Position numbers and translations under genes: made by a program. Of a DNA stretch of 64,000 nucleotides, positions 1 through 10,861 are shown piece by piece. Under the pieces are notes generated by a model. The model was not told the DNA's origin and did not search any database. It saw only the letters and a program-made list of their open reading frames with translations. How positions within the stretch are numbered: position 1 is the stretch's first letter; the number at the start of each line of letters is the position of its first letter. Source of the stretch: an uncultured Nitrososphaerales archaeon (GTDB lineage Archaea > Thermoproteota > Nitrososphaeria > Nitrososphaerales > Nitrososphaeraceae); contig CAWJCY010000006.1 in NCBI GenBank assembly GCA_963841565.1, positions 256,001 to 320,000 on the forward strand, read 5' to 3'.

Positions 1-395
1 CAGGAAGACGAATCCTTCTTACACGAGATAACTTTGGCAGTGGGAGCTCTCGTGAGCATGCAGTATGGGCATTAAAGGATTTTGGTATTATTGTTCTAAT
101 TGCTCCCTCATTTGCTGACATCTTCTATAATAACTGCTTCAAGAATGGGATTTTACCTGTCAAGCTTAAGAGTCAAGAAGTAGAGTTTCTGTTTAAGAAT
201 TCTGAAAATGAGGAAATTGTAGTCGATTTAGATAAACAAGAGGTAGCTTGTTGTGATCAGTCATTCAGCTTTCTTATAAATGGTTTTAATAAGAGGATGT
301 TGATGCAAGGACTAGATGAAATAGGACTAACCCTTGAACTGGAGAGCGATATAGGAGAATATGAATCTAAAAGAGGCATTCATTCTTCTGCATGA
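1..395 (+). CDS. leuD: 3-isopropylmalate dehydratase small subunit, 3' part (truncated by window edge)
   Basis: Frame starting at nt 3 reads GRRILLTRDNFGSGSSREHAVWALKDFG...APSFADIFYNNCFKNGILP...GLDEIGLT; TGA at 393-395. Confidence 0.93.
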   Translation, partial: GRRILLTRDNFGSGSSREHAVWALKDFGIIVLIAPSFADIFYNNCFKNGILPVKLKSQEVEFLFKNSENEEIVVDLDKQEVACCDQSFSFLINGFNKRMLMQGLDEIGLTLELESDIGEYESKRGIHSSA

Positions 396-1178
396 TGCTT
401 CCTCATTATTCCAACTGCCCTTTTATGTTGTAGTAATAAATACTTGATTATGCAAACGTCATAGGTTGTTATCATTGATATGAGCTGCTAGTACGTACAG
501 TATTATTCATTTACGAATCCTTTAATAACACGACAATTCTGATTGAATACTATTTACACAATGGTGATAATCAAAGGCTTTTGAGCTCTTGAGCAGATGT
601 GCTTCGATCGCTGCGTATTGAGATAGCCAAACAAATGAAAATGTCTGATTCAATATTATAATCGCGAGTTTGGAATCTTGTCATAGCAGAATCAACTGAA
701 GACCGATCAATTTTTCAAACCCTCCCAGTAAGTTTATTCTCTTGTCGATAACAGCAGATAAGACTACAATCTGTTGACATTCATAAATTTAATTGGAATC
801 TAATCGTTAAAGTAGTGATCAGCGATATATCAACGTCACACGAAGTTTGTGAGTTTTATTACAGCCATAAATAAGTTTGATATATTTGAAAACGCATGCG
901 AAAAATTACTGTGGGTTAGGAGTAAATAGTTGAAAACAAGATACTCAAAGTAATCTCGTGTAATAGGGATTGACCTAATAAGCGCCTTATAAAAGGTGGA
1001 AGTTCAATGTATCTTAAGTTGAAATCTTGGAAATGAAACTAAACATCTGTGTAACAAAGAAGCGGTAGAGAATGAGGATCCACTTTTGAATTTCCGGTGT
1101 AATGGATGTATGTTTATCAAGGTGGACTTCGTCTAACCATCCAATACAATTATTAGGGGTTTTTCTTACCCACACCTT

Positions 1179-1637
1179 ATGCGACATTACATTGCTGACA
1201 CTTGGCTTAAAATGTGGAAGTCAAATTCTGACGAGCTCAAGGGAAAGGCAATTAGTTGGAGGAAAGAACCCTCAATTCATAGGATTCCAAGACCGAGTAG
1301 GCTAGATCGTGCTCGAAAGATTGGTTATAAGGCTAAACAAGGCATAGTTGTGGTACGAGCAAGAGTAGGCAGAGGCGGAATGAGAAAACAAAGACCTGTG
1401 GCAGGAAGAAGACCAAAACATTTAGGGGTTGTACGTATTAAACAAGGAACTAGTATGCGAAAAGTCGCAGAAAGAAGGGTGGGTGAAAAGTTTCCAAATT
1501 TGGAAGTAGTAGGATCTTATTACTTGCATAAGGACGGAATGCATCAGTGGTTTGAGGTCGTCCTGGTAGATCCTATGCATGGATCCATTTCCAAAGATAG
1601 AGAAATGAGAGGAAAGCTTGTAGCTTTTTCCAAATAG
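1179..1637 (+). CDS. rpl15e: 50S ribosomal protein L15e
   Basis: RPSRLDRARKIGYKAKQG, RVGRGG and AERRV...FPNLEVVGSY motifs. Confidence 0.96.
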   Translation: MRHYIADTWLKMWKSNSDELKGKAISWRKEPSIHRIPRPSRLDRARKIGYKAKQGIVVVRARVGRGGMRKQRPVAGRRPKHLGVVRIKQGTSMRKVAERRVGEKFPNLEVVGSYYLHKDGMHQWFEVVLVDPMHGSISKDREMRGKLVAFSK

Positions 1638-1666
1638 ACAAGCGGCATTATACCGTTAGAATATTC

Positions 1667-2065
1667 TCAATTGCCTATGGTGGGATCTCCATGCATTTTA
1701 ATAGATTCAATTATCTTTAGGATTTCTTGATTCTCTGCGTCTTTTTCTAAGGTAATATAGAAAAATCCTCTAGTTATTGGTATCGTTACTATTTTGACCT
1801 TTTCATTTTCAGTAATTGTGAATCTTGTCTTACCTATAGCCTTTTCAAATTTCATTCTTAGTTGGTTCCTATTTGCTTCCAGAAAGTTCTCGTCTCTAGC
1901 CTCATCAGGAGAAAACAATGGTATAACACCCTTGCGAAGCTGTCCTGAAATAGTTCTTCCAAAATTGTTCATTAAACCGACATATCTAATTTTGGGCGAC
2001 AGCCCTAAAAATTGTCTGCATAACTTTCTGTTTTTTTGTAATTTCTCTTCATCAGCGCCATTCAT
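1667..2065 (-). CDS. Thaumarchaeal roadblock/profilin-like protein (DUF6659-like)
   Basis: C..IL..SPKIRYVG.MN..G..I.G..RKG..PL pattern typical of this expanded Nitrososphaerales family. Confidence 0.6.
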   Translation of the reverse strand: MNGADEEKLQKNRKLCRQFLGLSPKIRYVGLMNNFGRTISGQLRKGVIPLFSPDEARDENFLEANRNQLRMKFEKAIGKTRFTITENEKVKIVTIPITRGFFYITLEKDAENQEILKIIESIKMHGDPTIGN

Positions 2066-2322
2066 CGCGTAGAGCTATAAAATTCTAGAAATATATTTGT
2101 TCAATTTCTGAGTATTACGATGATAATGTGAATGCGATGATCTTGAAAGAGAAAAAACCCCACTATATGAAAGAAGAATGAAGCTACGTTACCCCTCAAA
2201 TTGGCTTTGATTATTCTGGCAAGATTGGTTGCGTCATCATTTTAGTGTGCGTCACGGCATTTATTCTAGTTACAGTTAAATTCAATAATCAGTGAGGTGT
2301 TACTTGTATTTGTAATCTATCT

Positions 2323-2640
2323 TTGGCGCTGGATTTGCTCCGTTCAAAAGCACTTTTCCAAAACACTATCGATGTATGGATCATGTTTTGCGAAGAAAGG
2401 GGAATCGATTGGTATGATATTAATGCGTATACAAGCTTTGTGAGCTATCTAAAATCAAATGGCTTTAGAATGCAAAAATTCCCTCTTTGCATTAAGGAAT
2501 CAGCAGGAGTATATGAAAGAGGTAAAGACAAGGCCAAATTTCTAGAGGAATTATCCCATATTTCTACGGACGACGCAGGAGCTTTCACAATAAAATTGGC
2601 AGATAATACAATGTCTACTATACGAAATTTTAGGATTTAA
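2323..2640 (+). CDS. Hypothetical protein
   Basis: 105-aa ORF with TTG start and globular composition; no recognised motif. Confidence 0.6.
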   Translation: MALDLLRSKALFQNTIDVWIMFCEERGIDWYDINAYTSFVSYLKSNGFRMQKFPLCIKESAGVYERGKDKAKFLEELSHISTDDAGAFTIKLADNTMSTIRNFRI

Positions 2641-2710
2641 TCTTACAGCCTTTTGATGCACCTACCAAACTCCAGCACACAATTCTAGAGCATTTTCATT
2701 TTTATCATTG

Positions 2711-3646
2711 TCAAACGGAAATCTCTTGGAATCTGTGAATGAGTTTCTCAGCAATCACTCTGGCTGCCAAATCCTGTGCCTCTTTGGTTTGTGCACCAAT
2801 ATGAGGAGTACATATGATATTGGGTAATTCTAGCAATTTTCTATTAGTAGGTGGCTCGATCTCAAAGACGTCTAGTCCAGCTCCAGCTAGCTTTTGATCT
2901 TTCAAATGATCGTACAAAGCGACTTCATCCACGATCCCTCCTCTTGAAGTATTGATGATGTAGCTTGACTTTTTCATTCTAGAAAGAAGCTTGCTATCAA
3001 AAAGATGGTATGTGTCCGACGATAGCGGAACATGGATGGTTATGAAATCGGAACTTTCAACCAATGTATTTAGATCAGCATTAATCATGCTAACTTCGTT
3101 GATGTATTCTCTGCTGATAGGGTAAATGTCGTAGCCTATGATATTCATTCTTAATGCTCTAGCAATGCGCCCCACGTTTCTTCCTATATTCCCTACACCG
3201 ACTATGCCTAGATACTTCCCACTTAGCTCTGTTCCCATCAGAGACTTCTTGATCCAATTTCCTTTCGATGTTTCAGAATGCGCGTATGGAATAAAGCGAG
3301 CCAATGATATCATGAAACCGATGACCAACTCTGACACTGCTTTTGTTGCAGCTTCTTGAGCATTTATGACTTGTATGTTCTTACTTTCCGCATAGTTGGT
3401 ATCAATATTATCCAGTCCGACCCCAACGCGTGCAATGACTTTAAGTGAATTTCCACTTTCAATAACGTCTTTAGAAACATTTGTTCTGCTCCTCACAACC
3501 AATACATCGTAACCATTAACAAGGGACTTGAGTTTTTCAAGCGTAATATTTGGCTGATAATCAACAATCATTCCAGCCTTTTTTAATATCTCAACCCCTA
3601 TCTCATCAATTGAGTCACAGATAAGAACTTTCCAAACACCACTCAT
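2711..3646 (-). CDS. serA: D-2-hydroxyacid dehydrogenase / D-3-phosphoglycerate dehydrogenase (short form, no ACT domain)
   Basis: RVGVGLDNID, GIVGVGNIG, INTSRGGIVDE, LDVFEIEP and TPHIGAQT motifs. Confidence 0.85.
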   Translation of the reverse strand: MSGVWKVLICDSIDEIGVEILKKAGMIVDYQPNITLEKLKSLVNGYDVLVVRSRTNVSKDVIESGNSLKVIARVGVGLDNIDTNYAESKNIQVINAQEAATKAVSELVIGFMISLARFIPYAHSETSKGNWIKKSLMGTELSGKYLGIVGVGNIGRNVGRIARALRMNIIGYDIYPISREYINEVSMINADLNTLVESSDFITIHVPLSSDTYHLFDSKLLSRMKKSSYIINTSRGGIVDEVALYDHLKDQKLAGAGLDVFEIEPPTNRKLLELPNIICTPHIGAQTKEAQDLAARVIAEKLIHRFQEISV

Positions 3647-4459
3647 AATGGACAGGCAACTATTAGCCTATATATACTATTTCAAGATGAATTCAAGATT
3701 TCATAGATTCTCGATTGGAGATTCCAAGTGAAAACTATGAGGTATATAATCAGACTCGTAAGTCATGTTGAAGCCCCTAATTAGAAACACTAGAACTTCC
3801 TTTTTAAATATGCAATATTGGTAACGTATTATAAAATTATGTTAGAGGAATAATTATCTGCCTACGAGATATTTGAAAATGTTTTAGAATCATACACAAT
3901 TCACATTCAAAATCAGTTCGAATGAAATCGAATATTTACCGTTTCCTAAGACTTGTGCTTATTATCATATTTGAGGTTGAAAATCTAATGTGATAAAATG
4001 AGAAATTATTGATTTATATCCCACTCACGTAGCAGTTGCATCTGAAATAATTTTTTAGTGTACAAGCCATTGAATGCTCTAGGTTACATAAGTAGTCGTT
4101 GATACGATACAATGTATCTGACTTGTTCGATCCTTTGTATGAAGAACAGTTGATTGGAGGTCATTAGAAACTTTACTCTCTTATTGTACTCGTTAATGAA
4201 AAAAGATCTATTAGTTCTCCACGGATTATTCTTATGGCTGCATTGTCAATACAGTTACTTATGGCCAAGAAAGTAGCAAGGAAAAGGGATGACTGGCTAG
4301 CAATACTATTAGACTAATTGTACGCTAAGGTTTATCGTTGGATGATTTTTGTTGAGATCACTCTTTATGCCCTCAATAGTTGCTCATAGTGCTACCACGG
4401 TTGTCGGTATCCAGTCATCCAATCAAATCGTGGCGGTCAAGCATTTAGGGGACAAGTAT

Positions 4460-5000
4460 TTCTGATTCCGGTCGCTCAATCGCTTCTTGCAACTTGTTCT
4501 TTGTTCCGCCATTTAGCATAGTATTCAATCTGGAATGCGTAATGCCCCATCGCCCTAATTACTGATCCTTTCAATTCATCAAGATCAACATACTGTCCTC
4601 TTACAGCTTTTGCTAAAGGAGAAAATTCTGCAGTAGCTCCAATCTTCTGAAAAGATCAAGTTGCTGTTTAGTTTTGGCGTCAAGAGTTTCTAAGCTTTTT
4701 ACTGTCTATCCAGAGATGGAGAAAAGATCTGCCGCTTCACAGTTCGGAGGGATCTTCTGTTGCATTATTCGATTCAGCAATCGTTGCCTCCAGATCCTTC
4801 AAAACTATCTGAGTTATTTTACTTCAGTGTTACACTGAATTCCATGCTTAATGATATTTCTTCAGCTTCTTCTTTCAATACTTTTACTTTAACTGTTAGT
4901 TGTTCCTTTTCTAGCCTTTTTCGTCATAATCGTCCAAATTCGTCGTCAAATTCGTCGTCGATCTCGTCGTCATTCTCGTCATTTGAAACATGTCCCCCAA
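4460..5000 (-). pseudogene. Decayed coiled-coil/acidic protein gene remnant
   Basis: Minus-strand fragments read ENDDEIDDEFDDEFGRL*RKRLEKEQLTVKVKVLKEEAEEI and FQKIGATAEFSPLAKAVRGQYVDLDELKGSVIRAMG, broken by stops and frameshifts; boundaries approximate. Confidence 0.45.
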
Positions 5001-5242
5001 TGGAGCGAATGGGTTAACATGATTACAACAAGCTGCTTCAGGAAGCCAGCGATATCGTTATATTGAAAAGTAGATAAAACAGGATCAAAAGCCCCAGGAT
5101 GTCATTCATCAGATATCGACTTATGAGGATTAGAAGGCTCACCAAGAGTAGAGTATATTTGATAGTTAGATCTTTGCTTTTCCTATATCTGAAAATAAAA
5201 ATAAAATTAGGCTGGTATTGACTTTAAAGGCATTCGATCGGA

Positions 5243-7360
5243 CTACTTTTTAGATAAGCCAATTCTTACGTCTACGGCCCTTGTTCCTACTCCTTCTTCG
5301 AAAACCAGAAGTGGATTCATATCAAACTCTTCTATTTCCGGAAAATCAGTTACCAATTGCGATAATCTCTGGAGATTTTCCGCCAATGCTTTCAAGTCGG
5401 AGGGTTTCTCGCCCCTCGCTCCTTTCAATAATTTGATTGACTTTATAGACTCGATCATCTCAGTGGAGTCTTTTTCGGTTACAGGGGCTATTCTAAATGT
5501 AACATCTTTGAGAACTTCTACATAAATGCCTCCCAGACCAAACATCAACAATGGACCGAACAAAGGGTCGCGTTTCGCACCGATAATAGTCTCCTTACCG
5601 GATCTAACCATCTCCTGAATCAGAATTCCCTTTATTAATGCATCCTTATTGTATTTTCGTATGTTTCCAATGATATCTTTGTAACCCTTTCTTACTTCTT
5701 GCTCATTAGTAAGGCCTATCTTAACACCACCTGCATCAGATTTGTGAATGATCTGCGGGGAGACTATTTTCATAACTAGAGGATACCCGATATTTCTTGC
5801 TGCTTCAGCGCATTCATCTTCACTTTTTGCCAAATAGTTTTTCGGAGTTTGAAAACCGTAAGATTGAAGAACCTCGTACCCTTCTTCCTCTAACAGGTTA
5901 GATCGTCCTTCTTTCTTAACATTATCGAAAATCTTGGTTACCTTTTCAATATCCACCGGGAAACTCTTGGGTGGTTCCTCTTCTCTTGAGAGCCATTCCC
6001 TAAATCTGTACATTCCGGCAAGTGTCTGTATAGCTGGTTCAGCGTACATAAAATGTGGGATATCGCCATCAGACAGTACTTTCTTGTTTTCCTCACCTTC
6101 TGCTAAACCCATTAGAGCGGCAAGCATTGTCCTCTTTGTTCCTTTTGAAGTGTTCACAATAGTCCTTGCGAGTTCAGTATAGTCTAAAGTGGCTGATGGG
6201 GTACACATTGTTACTATTGCTCCAACGTTACTATTTGACAGTAATTCAACCAATACTTTCTCGAATCTCTTGTAATCAGCATCTCCAACAATGTCTACTG
6301 GATTCCTGGCAGATCCATGAGGTGGAATAATCTTTAAAATTACATCTCTTGAGGAAGATATGTCTGCCATTTTCAAGCCATATTCGGAACATATGTCGGT
6401 GGAGATTATGGCTGGCCCTCCTGCGTTTGACACTATAGCAACCCCCGAATCTTTATCAGGAACTGCCTGTTTTGAAAATGCCGTCGCCAGCTCGAATAAC
6501 CTTTGCATCGTATCCACTCGAATAACTCCTGACTGATCAAATAAAGCATCATATGCTTCATCAGAGCCCATTAGAGCGCCAGTGTGAGACATCGCAGCTT
6601 TTGCCCCTTCGGGAGTTCTTCCGGATTTAAGAACAATGATAGGGATCTTATTTTCCTTGGTTATTTTCTTGGCTACCTTCATGAACTTCCTCGCATCGTG
6701 AATATCTTCCAAGTACATTACGATTACACGTGTTTCTACGTCATCAGCTAATAGTTCTAGCACATCATTTTCGTCCATATCGACTTTGTTTCCCATGCTA
6801 ATAACTTTCGAAAATCCTATCCCTTGTGCAATGGCATCTTCCACTGTAGCAGCACAAATCGCTCCGCTTTGCGATACCAATGCAATCCCTCCATGCTTAG
6901 GTGTGATCTTGAGAAAAGTGGCATTCATCATATTTTCTGGAGAAAGGCTCATTATTCCCAAACAATTTGGACCAATGATTCTTGTCCCGTACTTCGCACC
7001 AATGTCCCCCACTTCTTTTTCAAGTTGAGCACCGACACTGTCAACCTCTTTGAATCCTGCGGTTACTATAATTGCTCCCTTTATCCCTTTCTTTCCGACT
7101 TCCTCAATGACTGAGGGCACAGTTTTATTGGGGGTAGCAACGACTGCAAGGTCGATATCGTCAGGAATGTCTAGTACGCTCTTGTAGGCTTTCAAATCAA
7201 AGACCGTAGGATTGGAAGGGGTAACCGGATAAATCTTTCCTCGATATCCTTTCTGTATGTTAGAAAATATAGCCCTTCCTACACCAGGTTTTTCTGACGC
7301 ACCAATCACTGCTATTGAAGAAGGTGACAAAAATACTCGGTGAGATCCATGATCTGCCAT
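5243..7360 (-). CDS. ADP-forming acyl-CoA synthetase, most likely 4-hydroxybutyryl-CoA synthetase of the thaumarchaeal HP/HB carbon fixation cycle
   Basis: CoA-binding domain first and ATP-grasp last; GPNCLG, SQSGAICAA, SHTGALMGSD (phospho-His), NAGGPAIISTD, NPVDIVGDAD and HKSDAGGV motifs; resembles the Nmar_0206 type as recalled. Confidence 0.85.
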   Translation of the reverse strand: MADHGSHRVFLSPSSIAVIGASEKPGVGRAIFSNIQKGYRGKIYPVTPSNPTVFDLKAYKSVLDIPDDIDLAVVATPNKTVPSVIEEVGKKGIKGAIIVTAGFKEVDSVGAQLEKEVGDIGAKYGTRIIGPNCLGIMSLSPENMMNATFLKITPKHGGIALVSQSGAICAATVEDAIAQGIGFSKVISMGNKVDMDENDVLELLADDVETRVIVMYLEDIHDARKFMKVAKKITKENKIPIIVLKSGRTPEGAKAAMSHTGALMGSDEAYDALFDQSGVIRVDTMQRLFELATAFSKQAVPDKDSGVAIVSNAGGPAIISTDICSEYGLKMADISSSRDVILKIIPPHGSARNPVDIVGDADYKRFEKVLVELLSNSNVGAIVTMCTPSATLDYTELARTIVNTSKGTKRTMLAALMGLAEGEENKKVLSDGDIPHFMYAEPAIQTLAGMYRFREWLSREEEPPKSFPVDIEKVTKIFDNVKKEGRSNLLEEEGYEVLQSYGFQTPKNYLAKSEDECAEAARNIGYPLVMKIVSPQIIHKSDAGGVKIGLTNEQEVRKGYKDIIGNIRKYNKDALIKGILIQEMVRSGKETIIGAKRDPLFGPLLMFGLGGIYVEVLKDVTFRIAPVTEKDSTEMIESIKSIKLLKGARGEKPSDLKALAENLQRLSQLVTDFPEIEEFDMNPLLVFEEGVGTRAVDVRIGLSKK

Positions 7361-7847
7361 ACTAGAGGTAAAGACCCAGAAGGATAGTTATAAATGCATT
7401 TGTTCACTAGCTAGCAATGACAACTTGAGCTTAGCTACTCAAGACATAGTTTACTCAGATATAATAATCTCAGCGCAATTTACATGGTACAATAATTTGG
7501 ATAGTATAACTATCGGAATACGCGTGGGCTGCTGCAATATATCGTGTTAATTAACAAGGATACAAATACGCTGAGGTGAAGTTCAAAGGAATGAATTCGA
7601 TTTCAGTGTTAGATTTGTCAAAAATGGCGCAAAAGTATTCATCCTAATGCTCTTAAAAAGTAGTATCGATTTTTCCAGGTACGATTGCGGCCTCTATAAA
7701 GAACGACATTTCGATGCTATTACGTGTTCAATTGCAAGTAATCATCTCTAGGAAAATCTTTCTTTCAAACAAAAGTTATTCAAGCCAAATTAAATAACCA
7801 AAATGCCAAAAATCATAATTATCGTTTGTTAATAAATAGATGCATTG

Positions 7848-8681
7848 TCAAGGTTTTTTATCTATTCCACATATTATGTGTGCGCCTTTATTGGTTCCTT
7901 CGTAAATGTATACGCCCAATGCGTCAATATTGGATGGCATCTTTGGTGCGAGCAGCCTTATTATTTCGGTTGATAGATTTTCAACTGTTGCCTCGCCTGA
8001 TAACATAAATGTCGTGGCTTTTGGCACTTGTAAATTGAAGTCACCTTGTAGACCTGCGAAGGAAACGAAATAATGCTTTTCGTCTTCTTTTACAACATAT
8101 TTTTTGGATATGAAAAACTTGTGATCCATCAAATTCAAGGTCTGTTTAATGATCCGTTTAGCATCTCCAAAATCTATTACAAGATTATTCCTGGTTGTAC
8201 CTATTATCTCTACCATCACATTAGACGTATGTCCATGCAGTATAGAGCACTTTTCGACTAAGGGAAGAATATGTGCATAATCGAATGCTAGTGAAGGATC
8301 CTCTATAAAAATAGAACTAGTTTCATTATCTTGAGAGTCGAACAGGAATACTGATTCTAATTCGTCTACCTTTGCGAGATACCTAGATGATCCAAAAGCA
8401 ATGATGTCAAGGTCGGGATATTTCTGCTTTATAGCTTTGAATTTCTGAAGATCCGCCTCGGAATCAACTACCTCGATATACTTGTTCTTAGTTTTGAAAT
8501 CTATAGTTACTGGCTTATCGTTAGTTAGCCCTGGAACAGCCACGTCATATTCAAATTGATCATCTAAAAATGATAGCAATTTTGCCAGAGTTGATTCTGT
8601 CCTACTCCTATAGGTTACACTATTGTGATCCAAATACCTAATGTCCTTGTCCTGAAGGCTTTTCATATAAAATATCGTCAA
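7848..8681 (-). CDS. queD: QueD/6-pyruvoyl-tetrahydropterin synthase-family protein with extra N-terminal restriction-endonuclease-like domain (start may be ATG at 8666)
   Basis: C-terminal FDYAH...C-x3-HGH, VIDFG, MDHKF, TVENL and YEG motifs; N-terminal ~110 aa YRSRTE...FEYD...IDF...IEV. Confidence 0.75.
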   Translation of the reverse strand: MTIFYMKSLQDKDIRYLDHNSVTYRSRTESTLAKLLSFLDDQFEYDVAVPGLTNDKPVTIDFKTKNKYIEVVDSEADLQKFKAIKQKYPDLDIIAFGSSRYLAKVDELESVFLFDSQDNETSSIFIEDPSLAFDYAHILPLVEKCSILHGHTSNVMVEIIGTTRNNLVIDFGDAKRIIKQTLNLMDHKFFISKKYVVKEDEKHYFVSFAGLQGDFNLQVPKATTFMLSGEATVENLSTEIIRLLAPKMPSNIDALGVYIYEGTNKGAHIICGIDKKP

Positions 8682-9258
8682 TTTATGAGCGTTTCACATA
8701 TAAACTGTTTTTGTCCATTGGTTTTCCTCTAATCCAACCTTTCCTCATGGTTTCGTATGTGTCAAAACCTAAGTATACATTAGCGACCCTATTCTGGATA
8801 CTTAGAAGCACATGATGGTTGATTCTTCTCATCTTCCTAACATCGTAGGGTCAAGGAGGGCCTAAACCCTTTGCAAGAACATTGAGATTAGCAGAATTAA
8901 TTGCTGTGACTTACAGTAAATGAATTGTTTTTCAGAGATCTCATAGCCCCATCCCCCCACTCTTGAAGTATGCAAATAGCATCCTCAAAGTTTGATGCCC
9001 TTAATAAGCGAACTTCGAATCGGCTTGCTGAATTAGTTATAGCAGTCACCTGCAATTATTGCGGAAATAATTCATGCTGCTTTATGTAGCGACGCTCTAA
9101 GAAATGTTATACTATTCGATGGTCTATCCAACTAGTCCCTTTTATAGGATCAGGTTAATCTTTCTATTTAAAACCTGACAAAATAAGGACTTGCTAATGA
9201 ATCCAATGCTTGTAACAATTAGCTTAATCCTACATTCATAGGATCGAGGTCTTTCGCA

Positions 9259-9756
9259 TCAAACTGATAATGTATCCATTATTGAGCTTGTTGAAATATT
9301 ATGATTCGCTATGAATCCTGATGAAGCAGCTATCACATACTTAGCAGGTAAAGTATTCTTGTAAGTGCATTTTGAAGCATCAAATGGATTAGTACAAATT
9401 TGTGCATTTTCTTTTGCATAGATCACATGACCATTTTCATCAAGCCAGATCAAATCAAGATTATACTGGATGTTGATCAGCCATAGTGCATAGAGGTCTG
9501 GCTTTCCGTAAACCAATAGCATTGCTGAATCCATAGGAATCGGATCCTCCCGGAACATCAACCATCTTTGTCTCTCCTCAGGTGATTTGGCTACCTCTAC
9601 TTTGACAGTATCATTGTCAATTTTTATTGTGCCAGTAGGAAAACTGAGATCTCTATTCTTGACCTCTGAAGGGGCCAAAATGAGACCTAAAATTCCGATA
9701 ATAAAGGCGGCTAAAATGGCAGGTAACAAAACCACCATCTTACTAGCCATAACCAC
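9259..9756 (-). CDS. DUF192-family membrane-anchored protein
   Basis: N-terminal TM helix; VEVAKSPEER..WLMFR, ML.VY, LDLIWLDENG.V and AKYV motifs. Confidence 0.85.
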   Translation of the reverse strand: MVMASKMVVLLPAILAAFIIGILGLILAPSEVKNRDLSFPTGTIKIDNDTVKVEVAKSPEERQRWLMFREDPIPMDSAMLLVYGKPDLYALWLINIQYNLDLIWLDENGHVIYAKENAQICTNPFDASKCTYKNTLPAKYVIAASSGFIANHNISTSSIMDTLSV

Positions 9757-10256
9757 ATAAACTAGGCATTAAATAAATTTGAACCTTGCTATGATTGACT
9801 TAAATAAATGAGATCCAATTCAGCTTTATCCGCTCCTGATATGTCCCTACAAGATATAATGGTAGCTCTGTTGATTTTTCATGGTTATTTCGTGAATCCC
9901 AAATACAAATCGACTTGCAAAGGGCACAGGAAGGACATCAAGCTTATTATGTGATGTACCAAGATTGGTATGTGAAGTAAAAGGTAATTTCCGGGCTCTG
10001 TCTGGGGTTTATGTCACGATTATCCTTGTCCTTGTCTAATTTATGAACGTATAACTGGCATTTACAGTGGCTTTAAATCAATCCCGATGGTAGATGGTGT
10101 GACGTTTGCACCTAAACTTGTGTTTGAGTAAATTGACCAAAGTGAAGAGAGAAAATTGCATTTTAATGCTACAGAGATAGGCAGATCCAACCTATTTTTC
10201 TGTCTACTACCCCTTCTCGCTTGGCCGATCTGGGAACCGATAATATATCTAGATCA

Positions 10257-10294
10257 CACCATTAGGATTAGAACTCACCATTAGGAATAGAACT
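10257..10294. repeat. 19-bp tandem duplication
   Basis: CACCATTAGGATTAGAACT followed by CACCATTAGGAATAGAACT (1 mismatch). Confidence 0.8.
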
Positions 10295-10861
10295 TGATTT
10301 TGTTGCATCCTTTCATTTACACGTTCATTTTGTCTTGGATAGTAAAGAGTAATGCACATCCATATGTTTTGGTCCCATGTCATAATAAGGTTGCAAAATA
10401 AGTATATGATAGATTCGTGTATTGATCCAAAAAAGTAGACTTATGCTTACACATGATCAGATCATGATAATTCTTTTTTACTGCGCATCATTACTAACTT
10501 TGGGACCAATACTACCTATCCGAATTTTTCATAACCAATAATATCCACGATCGAGGAACCGTGGGAAATATCATTCTAATGAGACATCCGGATCAGACAA
10601 TTATGAATTAAAAGAATCTTGCGAATATAAGTCCAAAAATATTCCACACTGTAATTAGGAAAAATCTTGCCACGTTCAATTTGAATAGATCATTTTTGAA
10701 ATTAATCGATGACCCTTTTCTAGATTCAAGTGGCTAGTGAACTAACAGCATGCAAAGGAGCGTTTCGTCATACTCAGAATCGATCAGCTCTGTGAACCAA
10801 TATATACTTCAAGTTAAGGATCGAAACCGTTATTACTCTATTTAACACGGCATACAAAGTA

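Noticed and set aside
8700-9200. Possible gene remnant between queD and DUF192
   Set aside because: Only short, stop-riddled frames with no recognisable family
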